Origin: the human T2T-CHM13v2.0 reference genome, Homo sapiens
Length of the DNA stretch: 64,000 nucleotides
Assembly: GCF_009914755.1 (NCBI RefSeq)
Contig: NC_060932.1
Direction: 5' to 3' (one strand)
The notes beneath the pieces were generated by a model. That model saw only the letters and a list, made by a program, of their open reading frames with translations, ran no database searches and was not told where the DNA came from. Made by a program: the position numbers and the translations under genes. Shown here in pieces: positions 43,171 to 58,420 of the stretch (positions within the stretch are counted from its first letter, which is position 1; every line of letters begins with the position of its first letter).

Positions 43171-44106
43171 AAAATCAACTGTGGCTACAAAAGCAAAATT
43201 TATAGCTTATTTATCTTTGAGTTAAGGGTAGAGAGAGAATATTATTTTAAAGCTGGCAGCAGTTGCTTAGAAAGAAAATGTTTGTTCAAAACGAAAGCCC
43301 TCAGGACATGGACAAATGGGCTAAAATAGACATAGAGAAAACAGAATTGTTTTGCATAATAGAGTTAGAGAAAGGTTGAGCTCTGGGCCCTGTGTGAGCA
43401 GGACATTAACGAATAGGGAGTCTTTGGAGGGAGTGGGACATCCCCAAAGCAGGAAATCAGGAGATTCAGGAATAAAGTAAGCTGTTGAGAAATTCCCTGT
43501 AGTGAGAAGAGAAACTCTTATGAAGAAAAATGTGAAATATCCAATTTTAGATAATCTAACCCATTTTTCAATAATACAGCAAATCCTTCCAAATCCTCAA
43601 AAAATAAAAAGTCTAATACATACAAATGTCTTATGTGAGTAGTGTTTGCAGGAAATGAAGGGAAAAGGACTGTACCATTTGGGGCTGGCTTGAGTGGAGA
43701 GAAGAGATCAGGAACAGAGGATAAGATATGAGTACAACCAACTCAGGGGAGGTAAAAACAGAAGCAAGAGAGGACCACAGAGGCATTTTCATGAGAGAGA
43801 TGCTGGGTATCTCATCATGGTAGGGAGGGAAGAGTTCAAGATGTTATTATTTAAATGGTAATGGTAATGGTCTCAATGGAAGAGTAACGGCCCAATGCTG
43901 GAGTGGATGGAAGCTGACAATAATTCAATGTAACCACCAGGGTTATGTTGGTATGCACAGTGTGCTGTGCACAATGATAAAGGGTGGGAATGAATGGTAA
44001 ATCAATTGATGTCAAGGAATAAAATTCATTAAGAAATGAATTTTGAAATAGCTAACCACAATTTTTTGCTCAGTACTGATAATATTAGATCTAATATGTG
44101 CATTTA

Positions 44107-44431
44107 CAGTCTTGCACCACATAACAAATTTCAGTCAATGATGGACAACATATAAGATGGTAGTTCCATAAGATTAAATACAGTATTTTTATTTTATCTT
44201 TTCTATATTTAGATACACAAATTCCATCCTGTTACAATTGCCTACAGTATTCAGTAATATGCTGTACAAGCTTGTAGCCTAGAAGCAATAGGCTCTACCA
44301 TATAGCCTAGGCCTGTAGTAAGCTATACCATCTAGGTTTGTGTAAGCACACTCTATGATGTTTGAACAATGATGAAATCACCTAACTGCATTTCTCAGAA
44401 TGTGTTCTCATCATTAAGTGATGCGTGATTG
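44107..44431 (+). mobile_element. Tigger3a (TcMar-Tigger MITE) with TA TSD
   Basis: TA|CAGTC...GATTG|TA termini; GTAGCCTAGAAGCAATAGGCT...CATCTAGGTTTGTGTAAG. Confidence 0.92.
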
Positions 44432-44469
44432 TATGTATCAGCTTTACAGTTCCATTATGCTTTTACTTT

Positions 44470-44690
44470 TTAAGCTAACATTTATTTTGAGCTTACTATG
44501 TTCCAAATCCTGTATTAAGTGCTTGATAACTCTATGATATAGTTATCATAACTACCCGACTTTAAATATCAGAACACAAAGTCTCAGGTAAAGTAACTTG
44601 CTCAATGAGGTAAAACTGGGTGGGACAGAGGCAGGATTTGAATTCAGTCTGCAGATTCTGAGAGTCCTTGCTGTTAACAATGACTCTGTA
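44470..44690 (-). mobile_element. MIR
   Basis: TGAGCTTACTATGTTCC...AAGTAACTTGCTCAA...GGACAGAGGCAGGATTTGAATTCAG. Confidence 0.65.
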
Positions 44691-45158
44691 TACCTCTCTT
44701 TCATGCGTCATGCATACATCATTACATCTCAGCTCACAAACATGCCATTAATTTAAAACAGGAAAGAACTGAATCTGTTTGGGGAAAAGTTCCTGTTAGA
44801 TACTAAAATGTGCAATTGGAGAATATGCAAATTCTGTCAAAAAATGAACAAATGTTTACATTGGAGGAACCGTTAATATTGTAAAACAGAATAGAAATAG
44901 AGAAGGTGGCCCTGAACCATAGAATTAAAAATAGGAAAAAAGAAAACTAGAGTCATCAGAGTTTTGATGATATACATTTTCTAAACAAGAAGCTGCATGA
45001 TTTCAATATAGCTGCTTGACTACACATCAGCCTAAATTAGACACTAACATTCTTAAATATAGTTATAGTTAAAATAGTCTGGACACAAAGGAACTGAAGA
45101 CTGTACAGTTCATGCAACAAATAAGAAGAGTTTTAATCAATATATCTTGACTAAAGGA

Positions 45159-45194
45159 GTGTGTGTGTGTCTGTGTGTGTGTGTGTGTGTGTGT
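45159..45194 (+). repeat. (TG)n microsatellite with one interruption
   Basis: Direct reading. Confidence 0.95.
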
Positions 45195-46529
45195 CCTTAT
45201 GGCTGCTTTGAACATAAATTCAAAATGGTGACTCAGCCATCTTGGCCTTGTGGAAGACTTACAATCGCTACGATCGCAGTGTACATGATTAGATAATCAG
45301 GAAAGGGACAAACTGTCAAGAAAAGATTTAAAAAGGAGATCCCTGAGATGCTGATAAAACTTAAACCTATGTGGCTTTTTTTTTTTAACTTTCACTGGAA
45401 AATGCCATAGCTTATAAAGTGAATTTAAATAAATAAATTGTTGCCATTGAAATCCTTTTATTTAAAAAAATAAAATTTAAGAAGCCCAAGTTGTATGATA
45501 CAATTGACTCTCTAAAAAAAGGAATAAAAGATCTTTAGAAATTAATGAATGCCCAGTGTCTTAGGTATTTCTGTGACTGCTTACTCCCAGGGTTGGCAGC
45601 TTTCCATTGAAGGCAGAGCTATTCAGGCATCCTTTTCTCTCACTACAACTTCAAGCAACACAGCTATGTGCATTGTCAGACACTAAGGAAATGCTGAAAA
45701 TTATTTACTTGTTCATCCAGCAAATTGACTGGGCACATACTGTTGAAATTCTAAGCCAAGTACTGGCTTAAAATTTGATCCAAAATTAGAAAGACACAGG
45801 TCCTGCCCTTGAGTCACTTACAGTCTAGAGAAGACTCAAACATGCAAGCCATGAGAACTGATATTCAGCTCTCACACACCAGATGACCATTCCACTTGTT
45901 TACAAGTGGGTTCCCCTGTTAGGTCACTGCCTATGCTGAACTGATTGTTAATTTTTTTTTTTAATATTCCCCCTGTAAGTAATTACAATGTACTGTGGTA
46001 TTTTGTACATTAAAGGCAAATATATGATGCCAAAGAAACAGAGAAAAGACATTGATTACATCTGAAATGGAAATGGAAATGATGAATAGCCTCACCTGTC
46101 CCGTGACAGTCTCTAAACACATCAGCCCATAGTGATGTTTATGAAGAAACAGAGACTTTTCAGGTTGCAAGGGACTCTAGAAATTAGCTAGACAAACCTC
46201 CTTGCTCTACAGAGAATGAGACGGAATCACAAAATGTTTCAATGACTTTCCACAATCACCAACCCAGCTGAGTGAAATAAGAACCACTCAACTTATCCCA
46301 CCAGAAATTATCTCTTATCCCACCAGAAAGGTGGGATAAGAACCCAGGTCTTGTAATTTTCAGTCTCAATATTCTTTAGAAGTCTATCTCACAATAGTCA
46401 GTAAGTCAGTAACACCGATGTTTCTAACAGATCCCTGGTTGTTTTGTGCCCATTGATTGCCCTCAGTGCCTTCTGTATTTCTCACATAACTACAGTAACA
46501 TCACTGGAATGGCAGCAAAGACTAAAGCA

Positions 46530-47330
46530 GAACACCTGGGCTTGGGTCAGGAGGCATGAGGTTAGATTCCTATTATATATTGCCTACTAGCTCATGACCC
46601 TGGAAAATAATTGCCCAATTCCTCTAGATTTTTGTTTCTTCATTAAGAAAATGGAAATAACAATGCCTGTACTTGTGTGAGATTTCAAATAAACTATGCA
46701 GATAAAAACTCTGTGTTTCTCTGATTTCAGACCCTTCCCACCTTAGTTCATTCCCAATGTGATCTTTCTAATCCAGATCCAATCAAGTTATGTCTGTGCC
46801 TAAAACTCTTTAATGGTTCCCCACTGCCAAAGGGGAAAATCTAAACATCTAAACATAGTCCTTTAAAACCCTGACCTAGGCTTCTTTGCAATTGCATGTC
46901 AATCACTCCCCATAATATCCTATGTCATAGTTACATTGAATAACTTATTCACATTCCCTGAAGATGCCATGCTGTCCTACACCTGTTTCACTTGTGCTTT
47001 TCCACTCACTGTCATGTACTCCTCTCTCTAGACCCACCTCCCTAATTCATCCTTAAGGACCTTGCTTTAATGTTTGACATTTTTATGGCTAGCATGGATT
47101 TGTGTACTACTTTAATAATTAAAAGACTAAATAAACATTTTATTCTAGGAAAAAAATTATGATCATGTTTAAATGTCACATTTTCTGTTAAAAATTCCCG
47201 ATACTCCTTGATCATTTAACTGTTTCCATGGTTACTGTGTAACTGGTACCTTCCTCCATTATTAATATCATAATAGGTTTATGTGTCTGCCTCAGTTCTG
47301 AGTCACTGAAGCAGGCAATGTGATCTCCCT
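46530..47330 (+). mobile_element. MIR (~46530-46705) followed by L2 fragments
   Basis: TTTCTTCATTAAGAAAATGGAAATAACAATGCC (MIR); GTGATCTTTCTAA...TAAAACTCTTTAATGGTTCCCCACTGCC (L2). Confidence 0.55.
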
Positions 47331-48165
47331 CATTACTTACCTCAAGACCTATATTCATAAATAATGTGGAGAAAGTACCTATGAAAGACTAAACCATATG
47401 GAATCAGGATTGCACCAGTTACTCTTGGGCAACCCAGACTGTGGCACTCGTTAGAGCTTTTCTCTTCCAGGGAAGGAACAGAGACTAGTGTCAGAGCACA
47501 AATACAGATTCCCAAGCAGTAACTTAACAGTAATCCTCCTGTTCTGAAAATTGTCATGGTCCATGTTTTCCAATATAGTTTATATAATCACCAGAGTGGC
47601 ATTGCCCCTAGAAACTGTTTTCTCAATTCCTCTAAAAATGTAACTCTCAATGTGCTTTTTAAAAGGCAAACTCTAGGGTGGTTGATTAATTTCAACTAGG
47701 CACTATGTATACTCTTTGACTAAAAAGGCAGTATAATAACTGGTGGCTTGGTTCTTTCTTGGGTGGATACAAAAGATGTAGATAACATACTGTTTGTTGA
47801 TAATTTTTAAAGAGGGTACAATTATGAATGTGATATAAATATTAAATGAGCACTTCTCATAGGTATTATTTGATTCATTAATTTCTTTATCCCTCTCATC
47901 CTTTTTATTTTTTGTGTATGTTTATTTATGTTTTGTGTGTGTCTTATGTTAATGCTTAGCATAAGACCTATCCTGTTAACAAAATTTTAGATATACAATA
48001 AACTATTGTGTTGTATTTCATCATGACATACAGTAGAGATCTAGGACTTACTATTCATCTTGTAAAAATGCACCTTTGTACACTTTGACCAACATCTCCC
48101 TATTTGCCTCTCCTCTTTTCTGTCAACCACCATTCTACTCTCTGCTTCATTGAGTGTCTTGGTGC

Positions 48166-50277
48166 TTTTCTTTTTAATTTCAACTTTTATTTCATTTATA
48201 AGGAGTACATGTGTAGCTTTGTTACCTGGATATATTGCACCCAGGTCATGAGCATAGTACCCAGTAGATTTTCAACCCATGCCCCCCTCCCCTCTCTGGT
48301 AGTCCACGGTGTCTATTGTTCCCATGTTTATGTTAATGTGTGCTCAATGTTTAGCTCCCACTTATAAGTGAGAACATGCAGTATTTGGTCTTTTGTTCCT
48401 GCATTGGTTCCCTTAGGATTATAGCCTCAAGCTCCACCCATGTTGCTGCAAAGGACATAATTTCATTCCTTTTTATGGTTGTGTGGTATTTCATGGTATA
48501 TATGTACCACATTTTCTTTATCCAGTCAATCACTGATGGTCACCTAGATTGATTCCATGTCTTTGCTATGGTGAATAGTGCTGTGATGAACATATGAATG
48601 CATGTATCTTTTTGGTATAATGATCTATATTCCTTTAGGTATATACCCAGTAATGAGATTGCTGAGTCAAATGGTAGCTCTATTTTAAGTTCTTGGACAA
48701 TGTCCAAATTGCTCTCCACAGTGGCTGAACTAATTTACATTTCCACCAACAGTATATAAGCATTCCCCTTTCTCCACAGCCTTGCCAACATCTATTATTT
48801 TTTGACGTTTTAAATTATTGGAGAAATTGCCACACTGCTTTCCATGATGACTGAACTAAATTACATTCCCACAAGTAGCGTATAAGCATCTCCTTTTTTC
48901 TGCAACCTTGCCAGCATCTGTTATTTTTTGACTTTTTAAAAATAGCCATTCTGATTGATGTGAGATGGTATCTCGTTGTGGTTTTGATTTGCATTTCTCT
49001 AACGATTAACGATGTTGAACATTTTTTATATGTTTGCGGGCCACTTGTATGTTCTCTTTTAAGAAGTCTGATCTTGTCTTTTGCCCATTTTTTAATGGGG
49101 TTGTTTTTTGCTTGTCAATTTAAGTTTCTTATAGATTCTGGATATTAGACCTTTGTCAGATGCATAGCTTGTGAATATTTTCCCCATTCTGTAGGTTGTC
49201 TAAGTACTCTATTGATAATTTCTTTTGCTGTGCAGGAGCTTTTTAGTTTAATTAGGTCCCACTTGTCAATTTTTGTTTTTGTTGCAATTGCTTTTGAGGA
49301 CTTAAGTCAAAAATTCTTTGCCAAGCCAGTGTCAAGAAAGGCATTTTCTAGGTTTTCTTCTAGGATTTTTATAGTTTTAGGTCTTACATTTAAATCATTA
49401 AATCATCTTGAGTTAATTTTTATATATGGTGAAAGATCTAGGGGTCTGGTTTCATTCTTCTACATATAGCTAGCCAGTTATCCCAGCACTATTTATTGAA
49501 TAAGGAATCCTTTCCCCATTGCTTGTTTCTGTCAGCCTTGTCAAACATCAGATGGTGATAAGTGTGCAGTTTTATTTCTATGTTTTCTATTCTGTTCCAT
49601 CGGTCTATGTGCCTGTTTTTGTACCAGTACCATGCCATTTTGGTTACTATAACCTAACCTAATAGTATAGTTTGAAGTCAGGTAATGTGATGCCTCTTTT
49701 TTCTTTTCTCTTAGAATTGCCTTGGCTATTCAGGCTCTTCTTTGGTTCCACATGAATTTTAGTCTAGTTTCTTCTAACTCTGTGGAGAATGACATTGTTA
49801 GTTTGATACAAATAGCATTGAATCTGTAAGTTGATTTAGGCAGTATGGCCATTTTAATGATGTTGATTCTTTCAATCCATGAGCATGGAATATTTTTCCA
49901 TTTATTTGTGTCATCTCTGACTTCTTTCAGCAGAGTTTCATACTTCTATTTGTTGAGATCTTTCACCTCTTTAGTTAGCTATATTCCTAAGTATTTCATT
50001 TTCTTTGTGGCTATTGTGAATGGAATTATGTTCTTGATTTGACTCTCAGCCTAACATTACTGGTGTATAGAAATACATCAGTAATTTTTGTACATTAATT
50101 TCTTATTCTGAAACCTTGCTAAAATCGTGTATCAGTTCTAGTAGCCTTTTGGTGGAGTCTTTATGGTTTTCTAGGTATAGAATCATATCATCAGTGAAGA
50201 GAGATTTTTTGACTTCTTTACCTATTTGAATGCCTTTTATTTCTTTCCCTCATTTGGTTGCTCTGGCTAGGACTTCC
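48166..50277 (-). mobile_element. L1PA13-16-like element, 5'-truncated, with an internal duplication
   Basis: Antisense 3'UTR (TTTAGCTCCCACTTATAAGTGAGAACATGCAG) and ORF2 C-terminal sequence. Confidence 0.92.
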
Positions 50278-50330
50278 TGACTCATTCATTCTTGAGAGAA
50301 CCAGTAAGATGTTAGAATGACCCAAAGACT

Positions 50331-50361
50331 ATGTGTGTGTGTGTGTCTATGTGTGTGTGTG
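50331..50361 (+). repeat. Interrupted (TG)n
   Basis: Direct reading. Confidence 0.85.
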
Positions 50362-52211
50362 CAATAATAAATTTGCTTAAAACATGCAGAAGAGGCCAAT
50401 ATCAATTGCGTTTATATGAGACACAATTTACCTTTCTATGGAAAAGAATCATTTTATCATTACCAGTATCCTACTACTTATAAAGTTGTAAAATAACTTT
50501 ATATCTACAATAGGTAAACTGAAAGTTGTGTTAGATAATGTCCAATTTTCCATTGAGGACACTCAATAATGTTTTCTATGCATTTCTAAGTCTTTCGCAA
50601 TTTTTTCTGCAATATTATGCTATTAAAGCACTAATGCATTTTGTACAAAAAATTATATAGATTTAGAAGCAAATATTTTTGTGAGTATTCAACTAAACAC
50701 TCTGATAGTTCTTGAACATTGCCTTATAACAACATGATCTATAAAACTGAACAATGTCTCTCAAATTGGTTGTTTATAAGATTTAACTGGGGTGCTTCTT
50801 AACATCTAGATTTCCAGGTCCTCTTCTAGGAAATTCTCATTTCAGTAACAAAAATTTCTCTTCAGAAAGGGAGCTAGAAATAAATATTTTTAAAGAAGCA
50901 CCATACACGATTTTATGATTAGGCAAGTTGGGGAATGTTGACTGAAAGCAAGCCTGAAAATAATACCATAACTATAATTTTAAGAATACTTAAATTAATT
51001 AAGCAATAGTTAATTGAACTTTAACCCAGGAGTTTTATCAAGACTTTCTTTGTTTTCCCAGGGAAAATGTCTAAATTCATAACCACTTATTGTTTCCCCA
51101 ATTTGTTTAACTATTTTACCAGAGAATACATATTAATTGCATCTGAAGCACTACCCTTTTAACTTTGAAAGGCACTTACTCTATAAATTTCCCTCACCTC
51201 ATGTATAGAGTGATAGCATTCTTTGAACTCCCAAAATTATTTTTGAAAAATTTACAAATGTAACAAAGTAATCAAGAAGCAATAAACTGAGGTCAGCCAC
51301 CAAGAATAGCAGAGATAAGTGAGTCACCAAAGCCTAAAATATTAGTGCATGTGGGAGAGAAGTAAAGATGAAATAATGAGTCAGAGTGATATCTGAATCT
51401 AAAGAGCAAATCCACAATCAAATTTTGCATGAGTGCACAGATGGGCAAGAGAAGAGATTTAAGAAATAAATACAGTGGATCCAGATAAATTTCTGGGCAA
51501 CATTCTTCAAAGAGAAAGACTCTTTATTCCCATAACAGGAACTGAATTTCAGCCAGTACATTAGTACATTGACATTATTTCTATAGTACTTGGTAAATGG
51601 TCACTATCCTAAGCCCCTATCCCTTCCCCCTAGCAAACCCAGGATCCGGCAACTGAAGGGATAATATCTGACTCAGCAGAGGACCCCAAAAACTTTGATC
51701 CAGACTTACTGACATCAACTATTCTAATTGCTTTAAGTCCTCATTCTATTGATGGTTAAATACTGTGGTTATTACTCTTGTTCACAACGATGCCTCCACT
51801 GTTCTTTCATGACTCTCTGAACCAGATTCCTGAGACTACAAAAAAAAATTAATTTTCTCCTAGAAAAATGGGCATTTTAATTCTTAGGACTTATTAACCT
51901 GAAAGTATCTCCGAGAGCACCCATGTTCTTACATTGCTATTGTCACTTAACACTTCACTATGTGTCACTTAACACTTCACTATGCGATAGTGCACCAGAT
52001 GGGGGTTGCAGTTAATTCTTTGGTCACTTCTTAACTGATAAATTTTGTTGTCACTTCTTTCCTGCTAATTCCTGTGTAGCCTCCTTCCAGATACTCCTAA
52101 AAAGAGTCAGAAAAAAATTTTTCAAACATCTATGCTCTGTAAGAGACTATAGTAAATGCTACTATATTTAAACATGGACCTAAGCAAACAGTACAATTTA
52201 AAAGAAGAATA

Positions 52212-52571
<360 letters not shown>

Positions 52572-53452
52572 TTATATGTATGTTGTATAACTTTTAATTT
52601 CTATTTACTCTGGGAATTCTATATTTCTTATTAAATGGTTGGGCTTTCTCATTTTAAAAACTCATGTAAATTTATTTACACACCAGTTTATCTTTGTATG
52701 TAATGGAATTCGTGAGTTGCTTACACCAGATGTCTAAGGGAAAGTCCTGTTTCTTTAATTTGGAACTTGGGAAAATCCTTTTACAACCCTGGCCCTCAGT
52801 GTGCTCCCATGAAAATGAGTATACTGAACAAAATCAGAGCATTTCCAACTTTATATCAACATAAAGTTCTCATCAGAAGAAATTTTGCACAAAAACTTAC
52901 CAATAAGCAGGGTTTTTCCATTTTAAGCAGGGGAAGGCAGAGTATTGCCAGCTTGAAACTCATCCACTTCCCAGGCAACTTATAGACACCCTAAAGGAAC
53001 TGCCTAAGATTCCACAAAAACACAGTGTAAAATTACAAAAAAAAAAAGATGATCAGTAACACCCTTTCCAACTCTAAAATGTCTAGAAAAATTTATAGTA
53101 TGTTCCTCTGGCTTGGGTTGTTCAATTGTAGATCAAATGAAGACTGAACTGATTAAGGCTAAACTAGTACAAACACATAGTGGAGAATAATGTTATATGT
53201 TATACATAATATATGAGAAATAACAAAAAGTAGGCAAAGTTATGCCATTGTAACTCATTCTCAATCCCTTCACATCTTACGATACCATCCAAACCAAATA
53301 TCAATTAAAGATAAAGTAATGCCTATTTAATTAAAAATAAACAATAAATTGTATTTAACTAAAAATTCAATCAAAAAATTAAAATAATAACTTTAATAGG
53401 AATCATAGACCACATTTTACTGTAAGCATTTAGCTATAGTGCTTTGTGTGTG

Positions 53453-53801
53453 TGTGTTAGTCCTTTTTCACACTGCTATAAAGACACTACCCAAGACTCA
53501 ATAATTTGTAAAGCATATTTAATTGAGCCACATTTCTGCATGGCTTTGAAGGCCTTAGGAAACTTACAATCAGGGCAGAGGAGAAGCAGGTACCTTCTTC
53601 ACAAGGTGGCAGGAGAGAGAGAGAGTCAGCACAGGAAAAACTGCCACTTTTAAAACCATCAGATCTTGTGAGACTCACTCACTATCATGAGAACAGCATG
53701 GGGGAACCACCCCCCATAATCCAATCACTTCCCTCCCTCAACACATGAGGATTACAATTCAAGATGAGATTTGGGTAGGGACACAGAGCCAAACCATATC
53801 A
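53453..53801 (-). mobile_element. THE1D/MST-like solo LTR
   Basis: TGTGTTAGTCC...ACTGCTATAAAG...AAAACCATCAGATCTTGTGAGACTCACTCACTATCATGAGAAC...GCCAAACCATATCA. Confidence 0.9.
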
Positions 53802-53848
53802 ATATGGATACATGTATACATTTTAAAAATATAAGATATTTGAGGAAA

Positions 53849-53862
53849 ATATATATATGTAT

Positions 53863-53912
<50 letters not shown>
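53849..53912. repeat. (TA)n microsatellite, about 19 pure units
   Basis: Direct reading. Confidence 0.95.
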
Positions 53913-53914
<2 letters not shown>

Positions 53915-54139
53915 TCTGCAAAAGTTTCCTTTGATTGTTTTATCTGAGGGACTACCATGTCCCTAACTAGATTCTAAGCCAGACCCTCAAAGCCACTACT
54001 CCTATACACTGATTTCAATTATTCTTTGGGGACCATCATTAATCCAGTGATTTGGACAACTTTAGAAAAGTTGAAATTTTACCAAATCCAATCCATACTT
54101 CACACGGTGACAAGAGTTATCTATAAAAACATGAATTCA

Positions 54140-57060
<2,921 letters not shown>

Positions 57061-57469
57061 CACTTCAAAAATTTACAAGTGTGTAATTTATTCCTTAATG
57101 GCTAGTAATAGTTTTCAACTCACTTTCTCATAACTAAAAAAATGCTTAAATTTTCTTTTGTTCTAAAAGATTTTATGCTTAATTCTTGAGGTGAATGGAA
57201 TGTTCTGAATATATATGCTTTTATAGAGCCATCTAGTGCCCATTTTGTTTAGTGAAACTAAAAATGAAAACAGGAGGAAAAGTCCACGATATCCTCAACA
57301 GTGAAGAATGCATAACCTCCATCTGGCAGCAGCAATTTAATACATCAACTGGCCTGTTGAATGACTTTTTTCCTGAGCTACTTCTGGCCTTCACTGTATA
57401 CACACCAGATTAGTCATTCTCGATTATGGTAACTAAAAATCTGATGAGAGTTTTATAGTTAACAAGGTA

Positions 57470-58420
57470 TGTTGAACAAAGGTGCTGCTACTTGCTCCCT
57501 CCTGAAACCCCACTACAATGACGATAAAGGAATAAAATATGCACAATGTGTAAAGATAAAGAGAACAGAGTAGGAAACAGCAGCAAATAAGAGATGTTAA
57601 CAAAATTTTAGAACTTAGAAGAATGGGTAGTAACTGACATTGCCTTTAGAGAAAGCTGATAACTAAGGAAGACTGGAGGAAGCCAGTAAGAAGATGAATC
57701 CCCAAACATCTCAAAAGCTGAAGGCAAAATAGTTACAGCCCTTCTCAAGACTCTACTATAGGATTTGTACTCCAGCAGAGCATAAACCAAGAAATAATGA
57801 AAACATGGTATTCAGGACACAGGATGAAGGAAAGAGGTAAAGGGAAATTCCCAGATTGATCATAATGGAGAATCTCAAGATTCCATCTGTGAAACAAAGA
57901 AAGTAACCAGTAAAAATTGGAGGAGAAGGATTGAGAACTCTAAGAAATATCTAAAAATGACAAAAAACAAAACAGCTGCTTGGATATATGGACAAGAGAT
58001 TGCAGTTCCATCAAAATATTTGGGAATTAATTAGTAAGAGGTATATGAAAGAAAAATAGAAAATAAAAAATACAAGAAAAAATAAATTTAATAAATTGCT
58101 TAGCTGAAAATGATACTTAAAAGGTGATAATGGTGTAAAAACCAAATATCAATTTAATCAATTGAGATACAACTACTTTGGGAAGATGGGAAGAGAGAAA
58201 ATAATGGAAGTGGTACATTCATGTAAAAGAGCGAAATCTCTTTAGTTAACCATTTTAATATCTAAACTGAAAATGTTTTAAAATGATAAAATTATATTTA
58301 GAAATATGGAGACAAGCGCTGAAAATAACAGAAAATGGTTTCTTCTGGGAGGAAGAATCAGGAGTATGACTGCAGATAGATATTTCTTATTCTAAGTTTC
58401 AACTTTTAAAGGTATATAAT
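57470..58420 (+). mobile_element. Ancient L1M/HAL1-like remnants
   Basis: A-rich degenerate sequence; weak. Confidence 0.35.

Noticed and set aside
47342-47557. 71-aa ORF with a hydrophobic, signal-peptide-like N-terminus
   Set aside because: No recognisable homology; ORFs of this size are expected by chance
51991-52010. Second CTCF-like motif GCACCAGATGGGGG
   Set aside because: Lacks the conserved GGC/GGCA positions; weak match
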